Origin: an uncultured Planctomycetota bacterium
GTDB lineage: Bacteria; Planctomycetota; CAYMFW01
DNA: 60,638 nucleotides
Direction: 5' to 3'
Assembly (NCBI GenBank): GCA_964389785.1
Contig: CAYMFW010000001.1
Coordinates: forward strand, 10,806-71,443
Part shown: positions 48,101-60,100 of the stretch, piece by piece
Layout: each line of letters begins with the position of its first letter
Position numbering within the stretch: position 1 is the first letter of the stretch
Made by a program: the position numbers and the translations under genes
The notes under the pieces: model-generated
Database searches by the model: none
The model's input: the letters and a program-made list of their open reading frames with translations, nothing else
What the model was told of the DNA's origin: nothing

Positions 48101-51100
48101 ACCATCTCCGCCATCCAGTAGTCAAGCTCCGCCGCTCCCCCGGCGTCCGTGAAGCGGATGTCCTCGAAGTCCGTTCGGCACTTGTCGTCGAGATACACGT
48201 CGCCGCCGGCGTCCGCGGCGGTTCCGTAGTGCACGGTGAGCGTCACCTGGTAGTTCGTTCCCGCTTCCGCCGCGCCGGTAACGGTGTGTCCCTTCCGGAA
48301 GCCGAAACCGGAAAGCCACGTCAGGCTCGACGGCGCCCCGTCGGCCCGGATCGTTCCGTCCACGGTGAGCGTGTCGGACGCGTTGAGCTTTACCGCGCCG
48401 CCGCCCGCGGAATCGTCCCCGCCGCTTCCGAGCGTCACCGGCGCGACCACCGCACCGTAGAGCATGGTGTTCCCGCCTCCGCCCCTTCCTCCGTGCGCTC
48501 CGCCCTGGCCCGTTCCTCCCGCGCCCGGTCCCTGGCCCGCGGCGAAGCCGGTGCCGTCGCAGTGGACGACCGCCGCGGCGCCCACCGTGATGTCCTCCGC
48601 GTTTATCGTCACGCCCTCCTGCCCCGCCGTGTCGCCCGTGAGCACCAGCGTCCCGCCGTTCAGGGTAACGTCGCGCTTCACCGTGAGGGTCTGCGACGGG
48701 CCCGCCGCGAAGTTCGCCTGGAACGTGATGGTGCCGGTGTAGTCCGAAGTGACCGTGAGGGAGGTCAGGTCCTGCGCCACGGTGCCCGCGGCGGCCGTGC
48801 AGTCCACCGACGACGTGACGTCGAACACCACCTCCTCACCGGCAACCGGCGCGTGGCCCGCGCTCCAGTTGCCGTCGACGCTCCAGTTGGTGTCTCCGAC
48901 GCTCTGCCATGTGTTCGTCACGGAGGCCATCTGGTGGGTCACTCCGGTGGTGGAGCCCGCGAGCTCGGCGAATCCGATTCCGGCCGCCGCGTTGGCGGTG
49001 GTCGCCGTCGTGCCGATCACCGCCCCGGCAGTTATCACCTTCGTATCCGTCGCCGCCAGATCGATCGTGAGCTCGTCACCCGCTTCGACGGAGGCGACGT
49101 CCGCCCGGAGTATGAAGTCCTGCCTCTGAGCGGTGCCGTCCACTACGAAGTCACCGGCCGCGAAATCGATTGTGACGGCGCCGGTATCTCCGGCGATGGA
49201 TACGTCCACCGCGCTCGAGACCATCTCCACGTCGCCCCCGTCCACGCTGCCGTCGAAGTTCGCATCGGCGTACACCTTGACGTTGGTGATGTCGACCGCG
49301 TCAACGTAATAGACGTCCGAGAGATCGAATATCAGCCGCGTGACCTCCATGCTCTCGAACGCCCCGCCGGAGTTCGTGTCGGTCTGCAGGCGGAACCGGT
49401 ACAGCATAAGCGGGTTGGCGCCGCCGAACGCGTTGGGGGCCTGGGTCTGCACGTGGTCGGCAAGGTCAAGGCTCCCCGGCGCGACGGAGCCCGCCTCACC
49501 GTTTCCGAGCCCCCCGGTGCCGCCCGTGGCGTCGGTTGTGCCAGTGAAGGTCGATGTGGTGCAGTCGATCGCGATGCGCCCGCCGCCGCCCGCGTTGCCG
49601 TTTGCCGCGGTGGTCCCTCCCTGAGACTCGATCCTGCCGCTGCCCGCCAGGGAGCTGCATACGAGAAGAAGGCTTCCGCCGGCGCCCGTGTCGAGATCGT
49701 CACCGGTCCCGGACCCGGAGGAGAACGTCTCCTCCGGTCCCGTCGAGACAAAGGTAAGGGGCGAGCTCTGGTTGCTGTACTCGGTCTTTACCCAGCCGGC
49801 GCTTCGGCCCGCGGACGCGACCCGGAGCTCGTCCAGCTGCCCGTCGAACCAGCTATAGAAGCTTCCTCCGCTGGTAGCCAGCTTGTGAGCGAACCGCAGA
49901 GAATCGCCGTTATTGTATATGGTGCCCGATACCGCCTGCGTTCCGGTGTCTATCAACTCTCCGTCTATGTAGAACTTGACGTACTGGCCGTCGTAGACGC
50001 CCGCGAGATGGTACCACGTGCCGGCCGATATGCTGCCCGCGTCGGCGTTCGCCCTGGTGCCGGCCGTGTACCAGCCATTGTTGGAGGTCCGGACGACGAA
50101 ATGCGCCGCGCCGTCCGGGCTGATGTTGAGGCGGTACGCGCCCTCCTTGATCATCGGGAAGCACAGATACTGCAGGAGCACATCCGGCCTTACCCAGGCC
50201 GAAACCGTCAGCTGCGCCATGCTCTCCAGCGTACCGCTGTCCGGAACGTCGGCGTAATCGTCCGCTCCGTCGAAGTCCCACGCCCAGCCGACCTTGCCGG
50301 CCACCCGGTCGTCGGAGCTCATGTCGCCGGAGACGGCGCCATTGTTATTGTTGGCGGTGGTGTCGCCGGCCGTGGGCGGAGGCGATTCCTCGAAATGCCA
50401 TACCCCGCCGAAATCGACCGCCCACACGCCGGCGGCGTCCCGCTGGTCCGACGAGCCGGCGTTCCCGTAATACATGTAGATCTCGGTGTCGGCCGACGCG
50501 GACAGGCCGGGAACCAGGACCCACGCCGCAAGCTCCCCCGTGCCGCTCACGTATTCCCGGATCTCGTGGCTCAGCTTCGTGGTGCCGTCCGAGCTCGTGA
50601 AGAGAATATCGTCGCCGTCCGCCTGGGCGTCGGCGGCCAGGCCCGCGTCGGAAGCCAGGTGTACCAGAGCCGGGAAGTTGGTGAGATCGTCGTCCACCTT
50701 CGCGCTGTCGATGACTATCTTCTTTCGACAGGTCCAGTCCGAATCGTACCACCAGTCGACCCCGCTGCCGCCGTTCGATCGCACCATTCCGTCCACCGTT
50801 ATCGCCCCCGTCGCGTTGAGCTTGATCGCGCCGCCGCCCGCGGTGTCCGCGCCTCCGCTGCCCAGGGTGACCGGAACGGTTCCGCTCCCGTAGGTCGCGT
50901 CGGCGTTGTTGGCGCCCTCGCCTCCGTGCGCGCCGCCTTCACCGACCGCGCCCGCGCCGGGTCCCTTCGTCGCGGAGAAGCCCCTGCCGTCGGCGTGGAG
51001 TATCGCATTCGATCCGACGACAAAGTTCGCGGCGTTGATCGTCGCGCCTTCTCCCGTGGTATCGTCTATCTCGCGGCTGCTCAGTATCAGCGTCCCGTCG

Positions 51101-54100
51101 TTCAGCGTGACGCCGCCGGTTACCGCCAGGGTCTGGGAGGGACCCTCCGCGAAGTTGGAGCCGAACGTGATCGTCCCGCCGTAGCCGGAGGCTATCGTGA
51201 GGGACGCCAAGTTCTGCGGAACGGCCCCGGCCCCCGCCGTGCAGTTCCCCGTGGAGGTCGAATCGAAGGTCACGTCGTCGCCCGCCTGCGGCACCCGCCC
51301 GATGTTCCAGTTGCCCGGGTCGCTCCAGTCCCCGTTGCCCGAGCCGTTCGTCCAGACGAGCGGTCCTCCGGTCTCCACCACGTGAGTGACGCCCTCGACC
51401 GTACCGCTGAGCTCCGCGAAGCCGGAGGAGTTGGACGCGCTCGCGATCTTGCCGAGCGAGCCGCCCGTTCCGGTGATCCTGGAGTCCAGCGAGTTCAGGC
51501 CGATTGCCAGCCGGTCGCCCGTCGCCACGGAAGCGACGTCGGCCATCAGGAAGAAGTCGTCCGAGCCGGCCGTGTCGTCCAGGAGCAGATCGCCGGGATC
51601 GAATTCGTAGGTTATGTTTCCCGTGTCGCCGTCGATCGAGACGGTGGGGAAGCCGCCCTTGGGGATCACCAGCAGGTCGCCGCCGGTGACCGTCCCGCTC
51701 CCGTCCTTGTCCCGGTACAGCTTCAGGTCCGTTATCTCGCCCGCCGCGACCCCTGACACCGCGCCCAGGTCGAACACCAGCTTCGTGACGTCCATGCTTT
51801 CGAACGCCTCGTCGTCCGTGCTGCCGTCGGTCCGCAGTTTGAACAGATACAGTATCGTGTCGTTGTAGCCGCCCTCCGCAGCGAACGCGTCCGAGAGCTG
51901 TGTGAGCGTGTGCTCTGCGATGCGGAGGCTCCCCGGCACGACCGAGCCGGCTTCCCCGTCGCTTCCCGTGCCCGCTCCGCCGGATATGTCGGTGGAGCCG
52001 GTGAAGGAACAGGAGCTGTACGACAGCGCGATCCGGCCGCCCGCACCGCCGGACGCTCCGCCGCCGCCACCGCCGCCCTTTGCCTCCAGCAGTCCGTCCC
52101 CGGCCAGCGTGTCGCATTCGATGTAGATGCTTCCGCCGGCGCCGGAGTTGCCGTTTGTTTCGCCGTTGACGGACAGCGTGCCGCTTACCGTTACCGTTCC
52201 TGTCGGGACGGAGATGCGGACCGCTCCGCCTCCCGCCCCCTGCTGGCCGCCGCTTCCCAGCGTGACCGGCGCGGTGGCGCTTCCGTACGTCTTATCGGCG
52301 ACCACGCCGCCGCCGCGGCCGGCGTGTGATCCGCCTTCGCCCGCGGCGCCGCCGCCTGTGCCGACTCCGGCGCCGTAACCGAGCGCGTTCGAATGGAGGA
52401 TCCCTCCCGAGCCCACGGTAAAAAACGGCGTGCTGCCCGTGCCCGCGCAGGTGAACGTGACGCCTGTATCGGCGCCGGCGTCGCCGGTTACCACGAGCGT
52501 TCCTCCGTTTATCGTAACGCTTCTCTTGACGGCGAGTGCCTGGGTGCCGCCCGCGCCGTTGTAGCCGAAGTTGGCGTCGAATGTGATCGTGCCGCCGTAG
52601 GTCGACGCCACGGTTATCGAAGCCAGGTTCTGCGCCACCGTGTCGGCCGCCGCGTTACAGGCGACGGACGACGTGGCGTCGAAGACCACCGCCTCGCCCG
52701 TCTTGGGGGCCCAGCCCAGGCTCCAGTTGCCGTCCACGTTCCAGTTGGTGTCCCCGGCGCTCGACCAGACGTTCGTCCCGGCGTCCGAGTCGTGGGTGAC
52801 GGCCGTCACGGTGCCCGTCAGCGCGGCGAAACCGATGCCGTCGTTGGCGGTGGTGACCGCCTCTCCGAGCGTGGTGCCCGTCGCCGTCACCCTGGAGTCC
52901 ACCGCGTTGAGCCGTACCTTCATGCGGTCGCCCAGCACCACGCCGGTGACGTCGGTTTGCAGGATGAAGTCGGGATACGTGGTGTTCTGGGAGGTCATAC
53001 GATCGTCGTCGAGAACCAGGACGCCCGCCCCGAAATCCATCGTGAGGGTCCCCGTGCCTCCCGAGAGGTCCGATACCGTCCAGCCGATGTTGGCGATCTC
53101 CGCGTCGACGACGCCGTCGCCGTCGTCCTGATAGAGATGAACGTCCGCGAACTGGGTGTCGATGATACCGTCCACCTCGGTCAGGTCGAATACGAGCTGA
53201 GAGATCTCGATCTCCTCGAAGGCGCCGTCGTCCGTGTTGGTGCCGGACTGCAGCTTGAACCGGTATACCTGGATGTCATCGTGGTCGCCGGCTCCCGCGA
53301 ATGCGTTGCCGGCCTGCGCGGCGGTGTGCTCGTCCAGCGACAGGCTGCCCGGCAGTACGGAGCCGACCTCGTTGCCCGCCGCGCCGGTCGTACCGGTGAA
53401 CGTGCAGGTGATGTAATCCAGAGCTATGCGCCCGCCGCCGCCGGCCGTTCCTCCGTTGGCCTCTATCGTTCCGGAGCCGGAGAGGGCGCCGCAGACGACG
53501 TAGACGCTGCCGCCCGCGCCGCCGGCGGCGGTGCCGTAGCCGTTTGCGCTCACGGTCCCGTCGATCGTGACCGCGCCGCCCGGGACGTTTATCCGGATCG
53601 CCCCGCCGCCGTAATAGCTGCCGTTCGATCCGGCCTTGCCGCCGCTTCCCAGCGTCACCGGAGCGGTCACGTCGCCGTAGGCCGCCACGGCACCCGCGCC
53701 CCGCCCGCCATGGGAGGCGCCCGAGGTGCTGGCTCCATCCCCCGCGCCGGTCGCGTATCCGGAGGCATACGCCGATATCTCGCCGTCCGATTCCACGGTC
53801 ACGCTTGTCGCCGTGAGCTCGCACCCGGTGCCGCTCGCGGACTCGCCGTGGAAGAAAAGCACTCCCTCCGACTGCACGGTGACGTCACCGAGTGTGTGGC
53901 TGCCGGGCGCCAGCCCCACCTTGCGGTCCGCCCGAACCGTGAGATCCGCTCCGTCGGGCAGACTCAGCGTTCCGGGCTGCCCCTCCCAGACGTCGCCGTA
54001 CCTGCCTCCGCGCACGTCGAAGTCGCCGGTGTACGTCGTACCGACGCTCCACGCTACCGCGACGCGTCCGCCCGAAGGCTGGCCGTAGCCGGGTCCGTCC

Positions 54101-57100
54101 GTGTCGCCGCCGTTGGCCTGCACCAGGCCGGCGCCCGCGAAGTTCCCGCAGGTTATCCATACGCTGCCGCCGGTTCCTCCTATATAATAGTAATGGTGAT
54201 CGCCGTTGGATCGGACGATCCCGTCCACCGTCACCGTTCCGGCGCCGACGTCGATCTTGACGGCGCCCCCGCCCCACTGGTATCCGCCCTCGGTGTTGTA
54301 GCTGCCGGCGCGTCCGCCGCTTCCCAGCGTGACGGGCGCATCCGGGTCGCCGTAGGGCACCATGCTCACGTAGTTATGCGTGCCGCCGTTTCCGTACATC
54401 CCGTACCCGCCGTGGGACGGCCCGGTGCTGTTGTCGGTATGCGAGCCCGGGCCGCTTTCCGCCATGAAGCCGTCGCTGTCGGCGTAGAGCAGGCCTCCCG
54501 ACTCGACCATGAGATTCGACGCGGTGATACGACATCCCACGATCACACGGCGCGTTCCGGAACCGACGTCCGCGAGATCAACCGGATTGGCGCCCGTCGA
54601 TGCGTCCGTCGCGTTGGTGTGTATGGTGTAGACGTTGTCAGAAAGCTTGTAGACGTAGTAGTCCGTGTCGGCAACGAGAGGATCGGGCAGGTCGGTACCG
54701 GTGAAGTAGACCGGGTCCCCGGTTTCCAGGATGCCGCAGACTGAAAGTGCTATCGATTCCGTGTCCGTATCGACATCGGTATCTCCGAACCCGTCGTAGC
54801 CGCTGTGGCAGAAGAGCGTTCCGCCGGACTGCACCGTCACGTCTCCGAACGTGTATCCGCCGGCCGCGAGGCTCACCACGTCGCCGTTCTTCACGATGAG
54901 GTCTATATCGGACGGCAGGTACACGCTTCCCGGCCGGCCGTCGTAGGAGTCGCAGTTGATGGAGTCTCCGCCCGCCACGCTGCACTTTCCGGCGAAGGTG
55001 AACGTGGTGCATTCCGCGGCGATTCGCCCGCCGCCTCCGGCACCGCACGTGCCGTCTCCGCCGTTCGCCTGCAGCGTTCCGGTGCCGGTGACCGTATCGG
55101 CTATGAGATATATGCTTCCGCCGGACGTGCCGGCGTCGCTCGACCAGGACCCGATATCGGACAACCCGTCGGAGATGATGGTGCCGTCCACCGTTATCGT
55201 TCCCGCCCCAACGTTGATCTTTACGGTACCGCCGCCTCCGTAGGCCGGGTTGTCGCCTCCGCTTCCGGGCGTCTCGGGCGACTTCTTGCTGCCGTAGCCG
55301 ACCTTGTTGTTCGCACCGCCGCGGCCGCCGTGCGCGCCGCCTCCGTAGTACGTTCCCCTGGCGCCCGGGCCCGAGTGGTACGGATAGCCACGGTAGCGCG
55401 CGTCCACCATGGCGCCCGCATCCACCGTGAAGCTCGCGGCGTTTATCGTGATGGGGTCGGCGGGCACCGGCTTGCCCGCGTAGGAGATGGTGCCGAGAGC
55501 CAGCGTGCCGCCCTGTATCGCGACGGTACCTGTAACCGTGAGCTCCTGCAGGGAGCCCTCCGCGAAGTAGTCCGCGAACGCCACCGTGCTCGTGTAGCCG
55601 GCCTGCATCGTAAGCGAAGCCAAGTTCTGGGCGACCGATCCTGCGGGGGCGTTACAATCATAGTCGTACGCCGCGCTGAAGACCACCGCGTCGCCCGCGA
55701 TGGGCACGGCGTCCAGGTCCCAGTTGGAGGGCGTCGACCAGTTCCCATCCCCGGCGCTGTCGTTGTTCGTCCAGATGAAGGTTCCCGGCACGGAGTGCTG
55801 CACGCCGGTGGTGGCCCCCGAAAGCTCCGCGAAACCGACGGCGCCCACCGCGTTGGCGGTATTGACGGTCTCGGCCAGCGACTTCCCGGCCGCTACGATC
55901 TTCGCGTCGGCCGCGTTCAAGTCGAGCGTCAACCGGTCGCCCGCCGCGATGGAGCTCACGTCCATCACGAGAAGGAAGTCGTCCTGCGCGGCGGTGTCGT
56001 CGAGCAGGAGCGCGTCCGGGTCGAACTCGAACGTTATCGTGCCGTCCGTCGCGGTGATATCGACTACGGGACTTCCGCTGACCGCCACCAGCACGTCACC
56101 CCCGTTCACGGTGCCGCTTCCGTCCTTGTCTCTGTACAGCTTGATGTCCGTTATCTCGCCAGCGGATATTCCGGTAACGGAGGAGAGGTCGAACTCCAGC
56201 CCGGTGATCTCCATGTTCTCGAAGGCCTTGTCGTCCGTGTTGCCGTCGGTGCCCAGATTGAATCGGAAGAGAACGGCGTCGTCGTAGTCGCCGGCGCCCG
56301 CGAACGCGTCCGTGACCTGCGCAGCCGTGTGGTCGGTCACTCTCAGATTGCAGGGTGCCACCGAGCCGGCCTCGCCGCCGGCCGCGCCTCCCGCGCCGCC
56401 GGGGGCCGACGCGGTGCCGGTGAACGTCGAGGTTCCATAGGACATGCACACCCGCCCGCCGCCGCCACCGTTGGCCGCCGAGGCCCCGCTGCCGCCCGCG
56501 GCACGCACCGTCCCGCTGCCCGCGAGAGCGTCACAGGTCAGATAGATGCTTCCTCCGGCGCCGGAATCGTTATCGGCCGCCGGCTCCGTCTCCTCTGCCA
56601 CCCACGCTCCGTGGGCCGGCTCGGCCGCCACGTACTTGCGGATGTATATCAGCTCCCAGTCGAAATCCAACTGGAAGGTGTCGAATTCGAAGGATGCCGG
56701 GACCAGCGCGGTGGTATCGACCGTGGCGATGTCCTTTCTCGTCGACCCATCGATATCGAGCTTCAGATTGTCCGGGGTCCAATAAGTGACTATGGTGTAC
56801 TGCTGTCCGTCCGTGTTCACCGTGCCGGCTTCGGTCGACGAGTCGGTCGTCGCGGCCGCCACCACCTTGTACACCCCCTGGGCGGAGTAACCCGAGCCTT
56901 GAAAGCAGAACCTGTAGTAGTTGTCGGCGTCCTGTCTCAGATACAGGTCTTGCTGGTTATCGCTGGGGTAGTCCTTCATCTTGGTCATGACGATCGTGGC
57001 CGAGCCCGAAGACGGAAGAGCGACGCTTCTGTAAGCGGATTCCCTGTCGTTGTCGCCCGAGATGACCTCCAGCAGTTCCTCGCTCTCGTTCCAGTAGTGG

Positions 57101-60100
57101 GAATTGGCGGGTGACTTGGTATCCACCGTGGTCCAGGTATAGTCCCCGGACGTATCCGTTTCGAAATCGTCGAAGAACGAGAATGTGGCTGACCCGTCAC
57201 TCGTCGTCGCGGCGTCGCCCTTGCCGTAGCAAACGTGGATGTCCCGGTCTGACCCCAGGTCGGCCGTCACCTCTATCCAGAAGACGGCATAGTCGCTGTC
57301 TACCATCTCCTCCATCCAGTAGTCCAGCTCCGCTACTCCCCCGGCGTCCGCGAAACGGACGTCCCCGAAATCCGTCCGGCACTTCCCGTTCAGGTATACG
57401 TCCTCCCCCGCGTCCGCTCCGGCCCCGCGGTGCACGATGAGCTTCACCTGGTAGCCCGTTCCGGCCCCGTCCGCTCCCGTTACCGTGTGTCTCTTCCGAT
57501 ACAGCCAGCCAGAAAACCACCCCGGGCTCGCGGGCGCCCCGTCCGCGCGGATCGTTCCGTCCACGGTAAGCGTCCCGGATGCGTTGAGCTTTATCGCTCC
57601 GCCCCCCGCGGAGTCCTCCCCGCCGCTTCCCAGCGTTACCGGGGCCGTCGCGGCGCCGTAGAGCGCGGTGTTGGGACCTCCGCCCCGTCCGCCGTGCGCT
57701 CCGCCCTTGTCGGTCCCTCCCGCGCCCGGTCCCTGGCCCGCGGCGAACCCGGTGCCGTCGCAGTGAACGACGGCCGCCGCGCCCACCGTGATGTCTCCGG
57801 CGTTAATCGTCACGCCTTCCCCGGTCACCGCGTCTATCGCGCGGCCGGTAAGTATCAGCGTTCCTCCGTTCAGGATCACGTCGCGCTTCACCGCAAGGGT
57901 CTGCGAGGGGCCCTCCGCGAAGTTCATCTCGAACGTGATGGTGCCGGTGTAGTCGGAGGTGACCGTGAGGGAGGCCATCTCCTGCGCAACGGCGCCCGCG
58001 GCCGCGGTGCAGTCCTCCGTCGAGGTGTCGTCGAACACGACCGCCTCTCCGAGAAGCGGCGCGTGGCCCAGGCTCCAGTTGTCGGCGTTGCTCCAGTCGC
58101 CGTCGCAGGGAAAAATACCGGTGCTCAGCCAGGCGTTCGTCACGGGCGCGATCTCGTGAGTAACACCTGTCGATGAACCGGCAAGCTCGGCGAATCCGAC
58201 CGCGTTGGCTGCGTTGTCGGTGACGGCCGTCGTGCCTGTGATCTCCCCCGCGGCTATGATGTTCGTGTCTGCCGCTGCCAGATCGATCGCCAGCTTGTCG
58301 CCCGCTTCCACGGAGGCGACATCCGCCTGAAGCATGAAGTCCCGTCTCTGCACGGTGCCGTCCACCACAAAGGCGCCGCCCGCGAAATCCATTGTGATCG
58401 TGCCGGCCGCTCCCGCAATGACTACGTCCACCGTACTCGCCGTCATCTCCACATCGCCCCCGTCGACGCTGCCGTCGAAGTTCGCGTCGGCGTATACCTT
58501 GACGCTGGTGATGTCACCCGCATCCACGTAGCAGATGTCCGACAGATCGAATATCAGTCGCGTCACCTCAATGCTCTCGAACGCCCCGCCGGAGTTGGTG
58601 TCGGTTTGCAGGCGGAATCGGTACAGCATGAGCGGGTCGGCGCCTCCGAACGCATTCGGGGCCTGCGTCTGCGCATGGTCGGCCAGATCCAGATTGCCCG
58701 GCGTAACCGAACCGGCTTCGCCGGTGCCCAGACCCCCGGGGCCGCCGGAGACGTCTGTGATGCCGACAAAGGTACAGGTGGCATAGCTGGCGGCGATCCT
58801 TCCTCCCGCACCGCCCTGGCCGTTCGACATCGCCGTGCCGCCCACCGCTTCGATCAACCCGCCGCCGGCAAGCGTTCCGCAGATAAAGTAGATGCTGCCG
58901 CCGGCGCCGGTATCGTAGTCCGTGCCGCCGAATTCCGCTTCCTCGGCAGACCATCTGTCGGGGCTTGGTTCGGCCGCCAGGCATTTACGAAACGCAATCC
59001 AGTCGTACATGCAGACCGCGGGCTTATACAGACCGGCCCGCCAGGTCCAACTTCGGCCGGCAAATCCGGGCTGGGTCAATTGCTGGGAGCCAAGGAGACT
59101 GCCGGCGTCCGACCAGAATACGGCCTCGAACGTGGTCGTAGCGGTCTTTCGATTCTCGTTGATGTACCAGATGTTGCTGTCTTCGAGGACGATGGTGTCC
59201 AGGTCCTTATCCCCGCTATCCCCGCCGGGGGTGCCGTCGTTATATTGGATATGGAAACCATGGGGGTCCTTGTTATCATCGCAAATTCGGAAACATTGTT
59301 CCCCCGAGCTTGTATCATCAAGACAATTCTGAAACCACCAATTGATGCCGGTGGTTTTGTAGCGCGTGCGCGCGGCGAATTTTTCGCCGTCGGCGAAAGT
59401 CTGGATGGAGTACATCGAAGCCCACGAGCCGTCACTCCAGATGCTCAACGTGCCCCCGGAGACTGAAAAATCCATGGAGGTGCTGGCGTAAGTGAATTTG
59501 TCGTTGTTTTGAGCGGAGAAATCGTCGAAAAGGATGAACGTGTCGTCACCGTTGCTGGTCGTCGCTGCGCCGGCCTTGCCGTAATAGATGTATATGGCCT
59601 GATCGCTTCCCAGATCGTCGGCCACTTCCACCCAGAAGACGGCATCGTTGCCCTTTACGGACTCGAGCCAGTAGTCCAGCAGTGTCACCCCGTCCGCGGC
59701 GGTAAAACGGACATCGCCGAAATCCGCGAGGCATTTCGCGCGAAGATAGACGCCTTCACCGCTGTCGACGCCCGAGGAACGGTGCACGTCGAGCTTCACC
59801 TGGTAGTTCGCGCCGGCACCCGCCGATCCGGCAATGACATGCCTCTTGCGCCACGACCAGCCCGACATCCAGTTCCCCATCTGTCCGTTGCAGCTCACGG
59901 CGCCGTCGATCGTAATAGTGCCGACCGCGACGTTGATCTTCAGTGCGCCGCCGCCGGCGGTGTCAGCGCCGCCGCTTCCAAGGGTCACCGGAACCGTGGC
60001 GCTTCCATAGAGCGGGTCCGCGTTACCCCCGCCCTGGCCGCCGTGCGCCCCTGCCTCACCGGCACCTCCTCCGCCGGGCCCCCTGGTCGCCGAGAACCCC

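Noticed and set aside
43024-51756. 2910-aa plus-strand ORF (also 52393-54744 and 54805-57114)
   Set aside because: Antisense shadows of the giant gene. They are Arg/Gly/Val-rich with no motifs, as expected from high GC and codon bias.
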